DNA of 64,000 nucleotides from Octopus sinensis (Eukaryota), in assembly GCF_006345805.1 (NCBI RefSeq), contig NW_021835462.1, forward strand, positions 14,920 to 78,919. The letters run 5' to 3'. Of the stretch, positions 12,673-26,003 are shown in pieces (within the stretch, counting starts at the first letter, position 1; each line of letters starts with the position of its first letter). The notes under the pieces are model-generated. The model did not search any database. It saw only the letters and a list, made by a program, of their open reading frames with translations, and was not told where the DNA came from. Made by a program: the position numbers and the translations under genes.

Positions 12673-12878
12673 TGCCGGCCAAGTAGTGTGGAGCGACTGA
12701 CCTCCCTTGTTCAAAGGTTATATGGATACAGATGTGTATTACTCAAATAGCTAACTTAAGGCGATGGGCATGGAGCTAATAGCGGTCAGCTTTTTTCTTA
12801 TTTTTATAAGAATGTCATTATATATATGGCGATAACTAATATTTTATTATATATATATATATATATAATATCGATATA

Positions 12879-12934
<56 letters not shown>

Positions 12935-12951
12935 CATATATGTGTGTGTAT

Positions 12952-12989
<38 letters not shown>

Positions 12990-13254
12990 TTATATATATA
13001 TATATATATACATACCTATGCTTATATGCACATACAATATGAAACAATTAAATTTTTGCTTGGTGTGTAAGTAAGTGTGTGTGGGTGGGGGATGAGAAAG
13101 AGTGTGCGTGCGCACGAGCACTCACAGTATGTAACTATAAGGTCGAACGGGTGGAGGCAGTAAGGTAGTTGGACCGTGAAATATAAAATTCTGATGCGGA
13201 TCTGAATGTTTGAATTTGAGGAAATAATTCATTTTCTGAAACATCTGTGTGTGT

Positions 13255-13294
<40 letters not shown>

Positions 13295-13459
13295 GTGTGT
13301 TGTGTGTGTGTGTGTGTGTGTGCGTGCGTGTGTGTGTATGTTTGTGTGTGTGTGTATGTGTGTGTTTGCATGTGTGTATGTGCATGTGTGTGTGTGTGTG
13401 TGTGTGTGTGTATCAGTACTATTCATGTGAAACAATAATTCATATAAAAATGACTACCT

Positions 13460-14076
13460 GACATACCCGGTAAAAAATAACCGTTAATAAGATGTCTGTT
13501 TATAGCCGTGAAACATTCTTCGTCAAATTTCGACATTTTTTTTTCTCAATTTAAAAATCTATATTAATGGACAGGACCGATTTGATGAAACAAATGAGCA
13601 GAGTCTGGTAGCGAACCCGTGTAATTGTCGTTTTTGTGCATGTGCGTGAAATGGCAAAATTTTACGCTTTGGGGCAGATTTCGTCAAATTGATGTCACGA
13701 TGTCCATTGTGCAAAATGCCTAAATATTACTTGAGAAATAAACTGGTTTTACCTAATCAAAACCTGAAACACTGGGGGAATTAAAACAACGAATTGAAAT
13801 AATAAGTTTTAGCAAATCAAAGTAATTCTCAATGAAATTAGGAATTAGCAAATGCTAAATAGATTACTGTCAATAAACTGTCTGTTTATACACATGAAAC
13901 CATTTTTGTCAAATTTCGGCATTTTTCGTTAAATTGATGTCACGATGGCTAGTGCGAAAAAAGCCGAAATTCTACGATTTTGAAAAATTGATGCTGATTA
14001 AAAATCGATTTTTTAAAAATTTCAAGTGTGTAAGTGACAGCATGGATATAAGCCCCACACTCGTGTCAAGTTTCAT
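13460..14076. mobile_element. probable non-autonomous DNA element with internal direct repeats
   Basis: Repeated blocks tgtctgtttata...gaaac...gtcaaatttcg (13494, 13880) and aaattgatgtcacgatg (13687, 13931); no ORF. Confidence 0.35.
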
Positions 14077-14095
14077 CTAAGTCTGTTGGATAGTT

Positions 14096-15290
14096 TTGGT
14101 GGAGTTAAAGTTAATTCCCAAACACATAAACACGCCATTGAATATTATAGATATAAATATATTCTTGACAGACAGAACCCAATACGCTGTAGTCAAAGGA
14201 GTAAAGTCAATCCCAGCCAAAGTCAGTAATGGTGTTCCACAAGGCACGGTGTTGGCCCCACTTCTTTTCATCATCTACATTAATGACATAACTGACATAA
14301 TCAAGCACAGTAACATAAGAATTTTTGAAGATGATTCCAAGCTCCAGAAGACCAACAATAAAGTGGGTGACCGGAAATGCCTTCAGTCCGACCTACTGGT
14401 TGTTATCCAACGGGCGGAAAAGGACAAGCTGCTGGTGAACGAGGACAAATTTGAGTTAATCAATTTTGAAAGAGGGAACACATTGAAACTCCCATACTCC
14501 CTTCCTTCAGGTGACACTCTCATGACAACCGACAACATCAGAGACTTGGGAGTAATTGTAAAAAAACAACATAAGCTGGGCTACTCACACAAACAGCAAA
14601 GTCAACATGGCCCGCAAAATGTGCTCCTGGATTCTTAGGACTTTCCACTCGAGAGATATCCACACCATTATCTTTCTCTATTCCATTTTTGCCCGACTCC
14701 ACCTTCAATACTGTTGTCCACTGTGGTCTCCTCAGACGAAACAAAGCATCATGGAAGTTGAAGCACCCCAAAGGTCAATTACAAAAAAATATAGATGGCA
14801 TGACATGCCTTGACTATTGGGGGTCGACTAGAAAAGCTCAAGTTTTATTCTCTTCAACGTTGCTGTGAGTGCCACATCATCTGAATGATGTGGAAAATAT
14901 TCCATCAGCTTTGCCCAAATGATGTTGGCATCACCTTTAAGGTACACCCAACACTTGGACCCTGTGCCATCCGTCCACAACATAAATCACACTCGCATCT
15001 CATAACAACAATAGGGCACTATCATTTCACAGCAAATGGCCCTGCTCTATTTAACATTTCACCGACACACATTAAAACAGAAAGACACTCTATAAGGTTC
15101 AAGACGTCTCTGGACAAATTCCTTCAAGGAATCCCAGATAAACCTCCTGCACCCGGATATGTCTCCGTAAACAATAACTCTCTACTTGAGTGGGCTTTGG
15201 TGTTCGAATCTTGATTTGGATAACTTCGCCAGGGTATTAAGTTAGACATGGCCTGGGCCAACACGGGCCGAAACCTAGTAATATATCAAC
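14096..15290 (+). mobile_element. 5'-truncated CR1-group LINE (RT plus C-terminus), disrupted
   Basis: GVPQGTVLAPLLFIIYINDI, IFEDDSKL, LQYCCPLWSP, FKTSLDKFL motifs across frameshifted ORFs. Confidence 0.9.
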
Positions 15291-15313
15291 TTATGAAATT
15301 ATATCTATCTATC

Positions 15314-15449
<136 letters not shown>

Positions 15450-15469
15450 TATATAGTTATTATATATAT

Positions 15470-15503
<34 letters not shown>

Positions 15504-15811
15504 CATACATATATATATATGTATGCTTGTATGTATGTATATGTGTGTATATGCATGTATGCATGCCTCTATATATATGTTTTTATGTTTGTTTATATAC
15601 GAACACACGCACACATATCGGGAGTTATTTAGATTCATTTTTCATTTCACTGTCGGTGTCCATCCAAAGAAGAAGCTTCTGTTATTGAATTCTTGCAATT
15701 TCTCAGACAGAATCGCACAAAACAATCGTTTTTAATCGAACTTAAAATTCTCTTCGCGGTTTTCAAAAACTAACGTCGAATGTTTCAGTCAAAATTGTTA
15801 ACTCTTGAGTT

Positions 15812-16045
15812 GTCTGCATCATGACAGACTTATTCTGCAGACCTTCTTACATTTAACCTCATCCTTTATTTATGCTCACCACCGCTCCGACCATGCACCC
15901 CATACCATTAAGCCAAAACGGATTTGCAATGACATTCAACATTACTAAACGCATACAAGTGATTTTGTGCGCTATTTCGTTGAGCGCGGTTATAGTGATT
16001 CACGGGTAAAGAAAATCGCAAATGACTCGGCTAAAGTTAACAATG
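15812..16045 (+). pseudogene. Penelope-like RT C-terminal remnant
   Basis: Pieces CIMTDLFCRP, HAPHTIKPKRICND and FVRYFVERGYSDSRVKK echo the PLE TDLYxKPT...HP.H.K....RICS....F..RGYP pattern. Confidence 0.5.
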
Positions 16046-16132
16046 TACTTCTTAAAGTTTATGACCAAAAAATTGTTTAGTGATTAACTAGTAGCGAAAT
16101 TTTAACAGTGTAGCATGACAGTTACCAACATA

Positions 16133-16302
16133 GGCGCAGGAGTGGCTGCGTGGTAAGTACCTTGCTAACCAACCACATGGTTCCGGGTTCAGTCCCACTG
16201 CGTGGAATCTTGGGCAAGTGTCTTCTGCTATAGCCCCGGACCGACCAATGCCTTGTGAGTGGATTTGGTAGACGGAAACTGAAAGAAGCCTGTCGTATAT
16301 AT

Positions 16303-16338
<36 letters not shown>

Positions 16339-16551
16339 ATATGTTTGTGTGTCTGTGTTTGTCCTTCTAGCATTGATGCTGGTGTGTTTACGTCCCCGTC
16401 ACTTAGCGGTTCGGCAAAAGAGACCGATAGAATAAGTACTGGGCTTACAAAAGAATAAGTCCCGGGGTCGATTTGCTCGACTAAAGGCGGTGCTCCAGCA
16501 TGGCCGCAGTCAAATGACTGAAACAAGTAAAAGAGTAAAAGAGTAAAGAGT
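16133..16551 (+). mobile_element. full-length SINE family A copy
   Basis: tRNA-like head, internal (TA)n(TG)n, 3' half ending in (GAGTAAAA)n. Confidence 0.9.
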
Positions 16552-16943
16552 ATGTTTCAGAAAATTTCTCGTTTCAAGGAAATCTTCACTACCCGATCCT
16601 TCTGTTATAACCTTCAGACCTAACAAAAGTATAAGAGAACTACTAACTGGCCCTCTGACCCATTAGGGTTTCTGCTGCTTGTGCTCCCAGAAACAGTTAC
16701 ATGAAACGTAAACCTTATACATTGTGCAAAAGCAAGAGTCAAATCAATTCCATGAAAATACAACAGAAATGTTATATGTATACTGAAGTGCGGGGGCGGG
16801 TATTTGTAACGATTCTTCTTTGGTGTGCGCAGTGGAATGCACTAAACACAACGTTTGTGTTGTCTACACAACAAAAGATTTTATGGGTAAAGGTGTGAAG
16901 TCAGGTACAATAATAACAGTACTGCGACGGTAGTTCCCGATCA

Positions 16944-17311
16944 TCTCTCTCTATATAAACGGCAAAATGTCTGTGTGTGTGTGTGTGTGGTGTCCTTTAT
17001 ACAAATCCACGATTTTTCAGTTAGAGGGCTCGCACTTTCTATGATCATTCAAAATGGTCCAAGGGTGGTCGTGCACATCTTTACATTTCCCCAGTCACCC
17101 CGCAAAGCCATTACAAAATCAATAGCAGTGACATTTTTGTGAATTTTCTACCAAAACCCAATCAAAATGCCCGAAAACTGATACGCTAATTGAATGCCAG
17201 TTAGCTGTATGTGATTGGTCGGAGATTGGACAGTACTTCACTCCGTGATGTAGCACGCACGCAGCTGTATATGCATGCACTAGCCTATGACCCGGCAACG
17301 CCGGGTCATAG
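16944..17311 (+). mobile_element. non-autonomous Helitron-like element
   Basis: 5' A|TC start; 3' perfect 10-bp stem TATGACCCGG-caacg-CCGGGTCATA; ends ATAG|T rather than CTAG|T. Confidence 0.6.
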
Positions 17312-17744
17312 TATATATATATAATAGTATATATATATAAAGCAGCTGTAAAGTAGGCATTCTCAAAAAAATATTCTCAGTATGCTGAGCTTCCATTCCT
17401 CAAAACACACGAGGATAAGTTTATTTGTGAGTTACTAGCGTCACGTCCGGGAGGGAGGAACAAAATGATTTATACAAAAATTTTGACTTAGTGTGCGATT
17501 TCCCTTTTCCTGTTTCTTTTTTTCATTTTGTTTTTCCTGCCCCCCGCCACCATGCGAATAATCTATACTTTATGTAGTCTTTTTGCTTAAAATGGAATTT
17601 AGGATAGTCCAGTTGAAATATTGAATTCCTGCATCTCTGTGTTCATTTTGGACCTGAAGTACACAGACAAACTGTGTGTGCTTATTACGTTTCGTGAAGA
17701 GTTGCATCAATTTTCACAACAACAATAATAATGATAATAATAAT

Positions 17745-17900
17745 AATAACCCTTCCTACTATGGGCACAATGTCTAGAAATTGGAGGAGGAGGGGGATGG
17801 CCGATCATATCGACCCCCAGGGCTCAACTGCTACATATTTTATCGACTCGATAGGGGGAGGGGGAGAAAGGCAAATTAGACCTCGGCGGAATTTCAATTC
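17745..17900 (-). mobile_element. degenerate SINE family B with (ATT)n tail
   Basis: aggcaaattagacctcggcggaatttcaattcagg and atcgacccc homology; abuts (AAT)n. Confidence 0.65.
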
Positions 17901-17959
17901 AGGACGTAATGCCTGAGGAAAATACCGTGGAGCATTTTGTCCGGCGTGCTAACCACCCC

Positions 17960-18132
17960 TTGATGATGATGATGATGAGGAGGAGGAGGAGGAGGAGGAC
18001 GACGACGACGACGACGACGAGGACGACGACGACGACGAGGAGGACGAGGAGGACGAGGGGGACGAGGAGGACGAGAAGGATGAGGACGACGACTACGGCA
18101 ATGATGATAACGATGACAAGAAGAAGAAGAAG

Positions 18133-18164
<32 letters not shown>

Positions 18165-18226
18165 GAAGAAGAAGAAGAAGAAGAAGAAGAAGAAGAAGAA
18201 GAAGAAGAAGAAGAAGAAGAAGACGA
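17960..18226. repeat. compound triplet microsatellite (GAT/GAG/GAC/GAA)
   Basis: Direct inspection; source of the poly-S/poly-R ORFs. Confidence 0.9.
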
Positions 18227-18227
18227 C

Positions 18228-19712
18228 ATCCTGTTTCCAGAAGAGCAGAAGGGATACTGCAAAGGCTCATATGTTCGTAAAGATGGGTCATTGATCAATA
18301 AAACCATAAATGAAGATTGCGAAGAGAAAAAGAAGGGTCTAAGCATGGCTTGGATCGATTACCAAAAATCTTTTGACAGCATTTCCCACACGTGCGTCCT
18401 GAAATCTTTAGCCATGAACCAGGCAGTATCAACAATAATAAAAAAGCGATATAAAACAGTGCTGTAACTCCAGACAAAGGACGGAATCATTAAATCTAAG
18501 GCCATCCCCATTCGAAGAGAATATTTCAAGGATAATCGCTCTCACCACTTCTTTTCTTCTTGGTACTCACGCCTTTAACTGACATGCTAAACAGAACTGG
18601 ATGTGTATTCAACTGCTATGAACTAACCAAACTAGACAAAAACAAAAAAAAAGGAAAATTTAGAATACACCACTCAAAATCTGACAGAGAAAGGTTATAT
18701 ATACAACGAATTGAAGACCTTAGACAAGTAGAAAACCATTGTGAAATAACCATCATAAGATTCCCAAAATATCAAACTCAGAAACAAAGAAATGTGGTAC
18801 AAATAGCCACAAAACATGAGCATAACAAAAATAAATTGTTTCGTGTCTTTAAGGAAGCCGAAAGCTACAAGGAAGAGGTCATAGTACGTGACAGCCACGA
18901 AGCAAAAGAGCAAACCACAAAAGCTGTAAAGCAACTGAAATCTAAACTAAAACTGGAACAACAGAATAACATGAGAAAAAAATGGCAAGGAAAGGCTTTA
19001 CAGGGCAGATAATGGGATAAGCTAAACAGATAAGAAATAAAGTAAGATCCCAAAGATGTTTGAGAAGCTCAGGACTTATAGCAGAGACTGATGAAGTCTT
19101 AATTGCGACACAAGATGAAAGCCTTCCCACCAGAAACCCACAAGGGAAAATAAGATAACTGCATAATATGTAGTGATGGGGGAAGAAGCAATAAATTAAA
19201 TTGTCTCTGGCTGCCCCGTCTTGGCTAAGAAGGAACATATTCACAGAGTTGGGATCTATATACACTGGAAGCTACGCCAATACTGGAATGACAACAGAAA
19301 AAGGATGGTATAGGCATACCCTAGAAACGATCTCAGAAAATGACAAAGCGACCATAATCTGAGATATGACAACACACAAAGATAGAGAAATTGAGGCTAA
19401 TAGACCAGATATAGTCGTCAGAGATCATCAAGAGATTAAAAAACACCTTTCAATCGATGTATCAACCCCAACGGGTGAAAATGTATCTCTAAAAGAAAGG
19501 GAGAAACTCTCAGAAGACAAAGGTCTGGAGATAGGAGTAACCCGGAAGTGGGTTAGAAAATAGAAATAAGCCCTACAATAATAGGTGCATTAGATATGAT
19601 TAAAAACATTCAAACAAATACATATAAAAAACACCAGGACTTATGAATGTGTATAACAGACAGAAAATAGTACTACTAGGCACCGCACACATCCTACGTA
19701 AAGCACTTCCAA
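18228..19712 (+). mobile_element. degenerate R4/Dong-type (RLE endonuclease) LINE, internally deleted
   Basis: EEQKGYCKG...AWIDYQKSFDS (RT), IRREYFK-DNRSHHFF (GIFQGD region), IHWKL, EANRPDIVVRDH...IDVSTP.GENVSLKE.EKL (RLE). Confidence 0.85.
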
Positions 19713-19714
19713 GA

Positions 19715-19890
19715 GATGTGTGTGTACGACGGGCTTCTTTCAGTTTCCGTCTACCTGATCTATTCACAAGGCTTTTGTCGGTCCAAAGCTATAGCAGAAA
19801 ACACTTGCCCAAGGTACCATGCGGTGGGACTGAACCCGGAATCATGTGGGTGGGAGGCAAGCATCTTAACACCTAACCACGCATGCGCCT
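19715..19890 (-). mobile_element. SINE family A, 5' half
   Basis: acgacgggcttctttcagtttccgtc...gggactgaacccggaatcatg. Confidence 0.8.
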
Positions 19891-20206
19891 GTTAGATATT
19901 TGCGAGTCAATGTCAAATGGTCTTTTCCTTGGAACGTGATCTCGAAACCCATATCGAACCGTAAATAATGCCTTGTAAATATTGAGATGAAAAAAAAAAT
20001 TTTGTCGGATAGGGGGAAAAAAAATTCGAAGACCTCACGTGGGAAACAAACCCACATCCCCCGTAGGCTTGACAAATGGTCTACCTTCGAACCAAAGCAC
20101 TCCTTCGAATTTTGCCTATTTTAGAAATTTATTCTTACCAGCGAGAAATGTAAATTGCTGACATCTTAACAATTTATAAACATTTGAGAGAACGATATAA
20201 TTCTCC

Positions 20207-20649
20207 GATCTTTTCGGTTTGAACGGCAGTTTTTTCTAGCGGTGTCATATGAAATTGTTATCCATAATTATGACCCTCGTATCGATCTATTGCATTTCGA
20301 TCTGTTTTAGGGTTAGGGTTAGTTACGGTTAGTTAGGGTTAGGGTTAGGGGTGGGGGGAAGGGTATCTTTTTTTTCTTCACAAATGTAAATAAACCCAAT
20401 CTGTTTCTTAAACGAGGGACATATTCATACGGCACAGAATGTTTTTCACCTCAATAGACGTCAGTGATTGGTTGAAATTGCAGAAATTGAATAAAAAAAA
20501 GCAACAAATATCTTACAAACTATAGAATTTCCTCAATAAAGCCAAGAGAAAAAGATGTTTTATAAACACATTCTACCAGTATACAAAGTTTAAAAGTGTT
20601 TTGTTACGTGGAAATTGTGTTAAAAACTGCCGTTCAAATCGAATAGATC
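20207..20649. mobile_element. MITE-like element with 28-bp TIRs and internal TTAGGG repeats
   Basis: gatcttttcggtttgaacggcagttttt (from 20207) versus aaaaactgccgttcaaatcgaatagatc (20622-20649), 2 mismatches; five TTAGGG units at 20307-20350. Confidence 0.8.
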
Positions 20650-20858
20650 CAAATTTTCACTTGGAAGTGGATCTAGAAGCACAGAAAAGAGCTTTATATG
20701 TGATTCGAGATCCAGTTCCAAAATCGATACATATATACTTGCATGCATGTATGTATGTATGTATGTATGTATTATGTATGTATGTATGTATGTATGTATG
20801 TCAATAATGACATTTTCAGTATGCTCAAAAGATGCGACTCTCCTCTTCCCTCTCTCTG

Positions 20859-20891
<33 letters not shown>

Positions 20892-21103
20892 TAAGCATAC
20901 ATACACACACACATACATATATGTGTATATATGTATATATATATACATATATACATTTATATATATATATATACATATATACATATATATAATATTTATA
21001 TTATGTAGCATATATATATGTAGATATATATATAAGTATATATATGTGTATATATGTGTAAATATACAAACACACACATACATATAAATACATATATATA
21101 TAT

Positions 21104-21134
<31 letters not shown>

Positions 21135-21421
21135 CTTATACATATAAATGTACGCATACACACACACACACACACACATACATAGTGTGAAAGCGTTTCC
21201 ACTTCACTGTACCTACCTACCGCACCTCTCTTCGTGTTTTCTTTCCTCTTTCCTTCTCTTTCATTTTGTACTTTATGTGACTCGGTAAAATCTTTTATCT
21301 GTTTCTCTCTTCATCTCTATTTCCCACTCAGTTTTTTAAATTCTTTTCCTGTCTCTTTTATGCGTCTACTTCCCTCTTAACCCATTCGTCTTCTATTTTT
21401 CTCCCTCTCTATTTCTATCCG

Positions 21422-21565
<144 letters not shown>

Positions 21566-22128
21566 TGGAAGCATGTCCACAAACAATAAGTTCGACTTCA
21601 GTCCTTAACACCTTACAATCATTGTGCTTCGTACACCAGGGTGAGGAGCACCGGTGGTATAGAATTTATAGATTTCTATGCACTCTGTTCCACAATGGCT
21701 CTAGGAGTTGTGTACGAAAAACATCAGAATAAATAATGTTTGGGGTTTACTGTTCAACTCAACAAGGAAAACCAATCAACCATCACTTGATACAATAAGA
21801 ACGGGTTGTATTGAAAATTCCTCGATTCCGCTTCATTTATTTTGAGCTTTACATTATTAAGTAAACAACAAGGAGTATTTCTTAAGGGTGGGTATTGATA
21901 AACCTTAAGAGAGGATATTTATTGTGTGAGAAATAAAATGTCTGGTTTGAAATAAATGGCGCTTTGACATGCACGAGACAGTGCGGTTTCATTCTGTTAC
22001 GGCGAATTTGATCTTTTAAAGCTTCCTTGGACGCAAAATAGCGTTTTGTTTCCTGACAGTATATAAACTTCTCCAAGTTGACACCCACACATATATATAT
22101 ATATACATGTTGTCCATGAGAGCATATA

Positions 22129-22359
22129 TTTCTTTACTACCCACAAGGAGGCTAAACATAGAGGGGACAAACAAAGACAGACAAAGGGATTAAGTCGATT
22201 ACATCGACTCCAGTGCGAAACTGATACTTTAGTTATCGACCCCGAAAGGATGAAAGGCAAAGTTGACCTTGGCGGAATTTGAACTCAGAACGTAACGGCA
22301 GACGAAATATCGCTAAGCATTTCGCCCGGCGCGCTAACGTGTCTGCCAGCTCGCCGCCT
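22129..22359 (-). mobile_element. SINE family B with 19-bp TSD
   Basis: TSD TTGTCCA(T/C)GAGAGCATATA at 22110-22128 and 22360-22378; central tttcatcctttcggggtcgat domain. Confidence 0.9.
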
Positions 22360-22989
22360 TTGTCCACGAGAGCATATAAATAAACATACATACCTACCTA
22401 CCTACATACATACATACATACATACATACATACATACATACATACATACATACATACATACATAAACCATAAAATGTTCAGAAGGTACAATCATTGGTGT
22501 AACCATATTGTTCTGGTGATCTGATGAGCTAGCTATCTTTATCTGCAGTGATTTGTGAATATACAACTCTATTGCATACACTGAAATTATAATTACATGA
22601 AGAAGGCTACGAAACGGCCGTAATCCTAAGCATGTCAAGTGGTTAAATGAATATATTGACCTCTCATTCCTCCTGATATTTTATGGTTTATATACCCCTC
22701 ATGAAATAATTTCATCGATCGAATCTCCTGTATATCAGCAGCATAGAAGCTTGCGTTATACTCCTCTGTAATGGATTAGTATGTAGTCTGTTAGCTGAGT
22801 CCATTAGAGGAGCTTTATATGATAGCCAAACGATTCCATGAATCCATATATTACACTACAAATACACATATTGATATAAATGATTGCCTTGTCTCTATTT
22901 GATAATAAATTGTTTTGGCAAATGTGGCGCCAAATTTAGTGGTAACCATTAGCAACATGGACTACATTCTTGGGGTTTTACCTCGGCAG

Positions 22990-23220
22990 TTGACACGCAC
23001 TGTTTACCGTACAATGATCAGCATGCACAATGACCCGACATTATGATTAACCACAGTTACCAAGAGAGGGTCTTGACAGCGCTTTACAGTACCCTACAAA
23101 GTATGGAGAAGACACGCCTGGGTCCTCCACGAAGGGAACCTCATTGTCATGGAGTTTGGGGGGATTTTTTGATTCACTAAATGATGTCCTATTCGGTTCC
23201 ATCAAATCCTTTGTGATCAC
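22990..23220 (-). pseudogene. possible very old RTE-type LINE C-terminal remnant
   Basis: Minus-strand pieces RIGHHLVNQKIPQ..GSLRGGPRR and CQDPLLVTVV loosely resemble RTE RW.GH..RM...RIPKQ...G.R.RGGP.KR and AQDRS.WR..V. Confidence 0.3.
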
Positions 23221-23719
23221 AGATCTTCATTCACAATTGCTCATTGCATGATGTTAGCAATTATCAGACGCAAACATGGCTGTGATGTTAAGCAGTGTGT
23301 TACACAACAGAATGTTTCCGGATTCGAACCGACGACGTGGTGCTTTAGGCAGGGGGTTCTATTAGTAGCTTCAAGCAGAGTCTAACAGTAATTGATATTA
23401 GCTTGTAAGAGGAATTACGCAGACAGAATCTGCACAGAAGCCCTTCTTAAATACACATATACATATCATATCAAGTGCGTGTGTGTATGTGTGTGTGTGT
23501 GTGTGTGTTTGTAGATGTATGTAAATATATAATTTATTGAGACAGATACATGGAGATAAACATCATTAGACTGATAAACCGGTATTCTCATAAATATATG
23601 AATAAAGACATTTGATTATGTCATTTCGTTACAAATATTATAAATTGGCCTTTTATCAGCATTCGCGTTTGTTCCTTTTCATAGAAAAAACATTACACCA
23701 ACATCTACCTATTTCTCTG

Positions 23720-23762
<43 letters not shown>

Positions 23763-23985
23763 CACACATACATACATATATATATATATATGTGGGTGTG
23801 TATTTCGTGAGCATGTGTCTCTTATGTGTCTGTGATACATTGTGGTTACTCAGAGTTAATTATTTGTACCCACAAGATGAAAGAACGTATATTACAAAAT
23901 AGTTGACGTGGCAGTATTTTATCACTGTTTATCACAATTACAGGAAATGCGTATTTAAGCTCACATATATCCCTCTCACTCCTTG

Positions 23986-24026
<41 letters not shown>

Positions 24027-24054
24027 ACATATATATTTATGTATATATATTTAT

Positions 24055-24087
<33 letters not shown>

Positions 24088-24152
24088 GCGCGTGTATATT
24101 AATATATGTCTGTATGCTTACGCACACACACACACCACACACACACACACAC

Positions 24153-24185
<33 letters not shown>

Positions 24186-24186
24186 G

Positions 24187-24220
<34 letters not shown>

Positions 24221-25136
24221 CGCGTGTATATTAATATATGTATGCATGCTTACGCACACACACACGCACACACATATATGTATGTTGTATGTATGTATAT
24301 CCATAAGTATTTATATATGTTTGCGTATGTTTACGCACCTTAACAGACTCCATTATTGTGTGTTTTGGACGTCGTTGTGTCAGACATCAGAGTATGAAAA
24401 TGTCCGCAATTTGAGAGAAACAAAAGGTTAAATGGCGTAGAAAATGGTATCAAAGCCAGAGATTTGCTATCTACGTCTCAATGTAAACTAGAACTATTTC
24501 CTAATGAGTTTCTTTTATCAATATCCGTTCATGCAGCAAACATTTCAGAAAGCATCAGTTCTGTTTTGTTTCTTAGGTTCCAACAAATTGTATCTATGTA
24601 ACAGCACTTCAAAGAACAGTAACACATTTTAAAAGAGAATAAAAAAAACAAACGCATTGTACATCGGCTGTTTACTTAGTGACGTAGCCATGCATATATA
24701 ACTTGTTTCATGTAGATATATTATAATTTTGTACAATGTTAACGATATTTCACCGAGCTACTTCAACATAATTTACGGAGACCCCTTGTCGGTGCATACA
24801 GTGGCGACATCTGAAGCATACGACAGGTGTATGGCGCAGAATTTTTATTTATTTTTCGCCAGCTAATTAGCTGGGTTATTTCCATTTTTCCTCGTTTTTT
24901 TTTTCTTTTCGCCTTTTTTTACTTTTCGCCTTTTTTTTTTTTTTTGAAAATTTACTCATCTCTTCGGCACAGCTTTACATTCACAGATATTTACATAAAT
25001 AAAGCGATATAGATATTGATACGTATACATACATACATATATACTTACATACATACATCTGCATGTGCGTGGGGCTGCGTGGAGGTGCGTGTGTGTTCGT
25101 GTTCGTGTGTGTTCGTGTTCATGTATGTGTGTACCC

Positions 25137-25167
<31 letters not shown>

Positions 25168-25954
25168 CGTACGTGAGTGTTTGTGCAGTTGAGTGTCTCA
25201 TAAATCAAAACATGACCCTATACAAAAATACTTGAACGTTTCTATTTATTTAATATGTTTCATATATAATTGCTTGTAATATCGCCATCAGGTAAGCATT
25301 CCTGCGCCTCCTTGCCTTCGTGCACCCTCTCTCTCGCTCCCGATCTCTTTCTCTCACACTTCAGTCTCTCTCTCTCCTTTCTTTCTCTCTCTCTCTCTCT
25401 ATCTCTCTATCTATCTATCTATCACTCTATGTACATATATATACATGCATGCATATATATGTATATGTATAGAAACATAGTATGCAAATACATACACATA
25501 CAAATACATACATACACACACATAAATACACACATAAATACGTAAATACACATAAATACATACACATACAGATAAATACATACACATACAAATACATACA
25601 CACACAAAGATATATGTGCGATTGTGTGTGTGTGCGTGTGCGTGTGTGTGTGTCTGTGTGCGCGCGTTCGCCCGTATGTAGATCCCACCTCTGATTGCGA
25701 CAGACCACGTAAGAACGCGTAGGAGTGAAAGGGGGGTTGATGTAATTAGCAAGTGGAGTCGAAACGTGCATAGAGTAAACGCCGGGAGCATCCACTCACA
25801 CGTGCACACACACGCACGCACGCACATACGCACGCACTTGAGAGAAAGGGTGGTTTTTGGTTTTTGGTCACCCTACGTGGAACCACAAAATCCGTCAAAG
25901 GAGATGGACTCAGATAAGTCAACGACTATCCAATTGCATTATATATATACATAT

Positions 25955-26003
<49 letters not shown>

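Larger units (their letters stand above)
11851..12844. mobile_element. Penelope pLTR-like / retrozyme-like ~357-bp repeat: two tandem copies plus one inverted copy
   Basis: Unit starts atagaaatattaaaat at 11851 and 12208; inverted copy 12521-12844; each unit carries a hammerhead motif; flanked by (TA)n on both sides. Confidence 0.8.

Noticed and set aside
12521-12844. Inverted copy as a simple fold-back read artefact
   Set aside because: It is not a mirror of the preceding sequence: it includes ~45 bp absent from copy 2 and is followed by different flank. An artefact is not fully excluded without reads.
20038-20045. Su(H)/RBPJ site CGTGGGAA overlapping an E-box
   Set aside because: About one match is expected by chance in a window this size.
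20307-20350. Telomere or chromosome-fusion scar
   Set aside because: Only five interrupted units, located inside a TIR element.
22942-22956. RFX X-box-like GTAACCATTAGCAAC followed by an ATG
   Set aside because: The downstream ORF stops after about 29 codons and overlaps a probable LINE remnant; a degenerate motif like this is plausible by chance.
24347-24428. AG...GT-bounded candidate exon (LHYCVFWTSL...)
   Set aside because: No homology recognised; such boundaries are common by chance.
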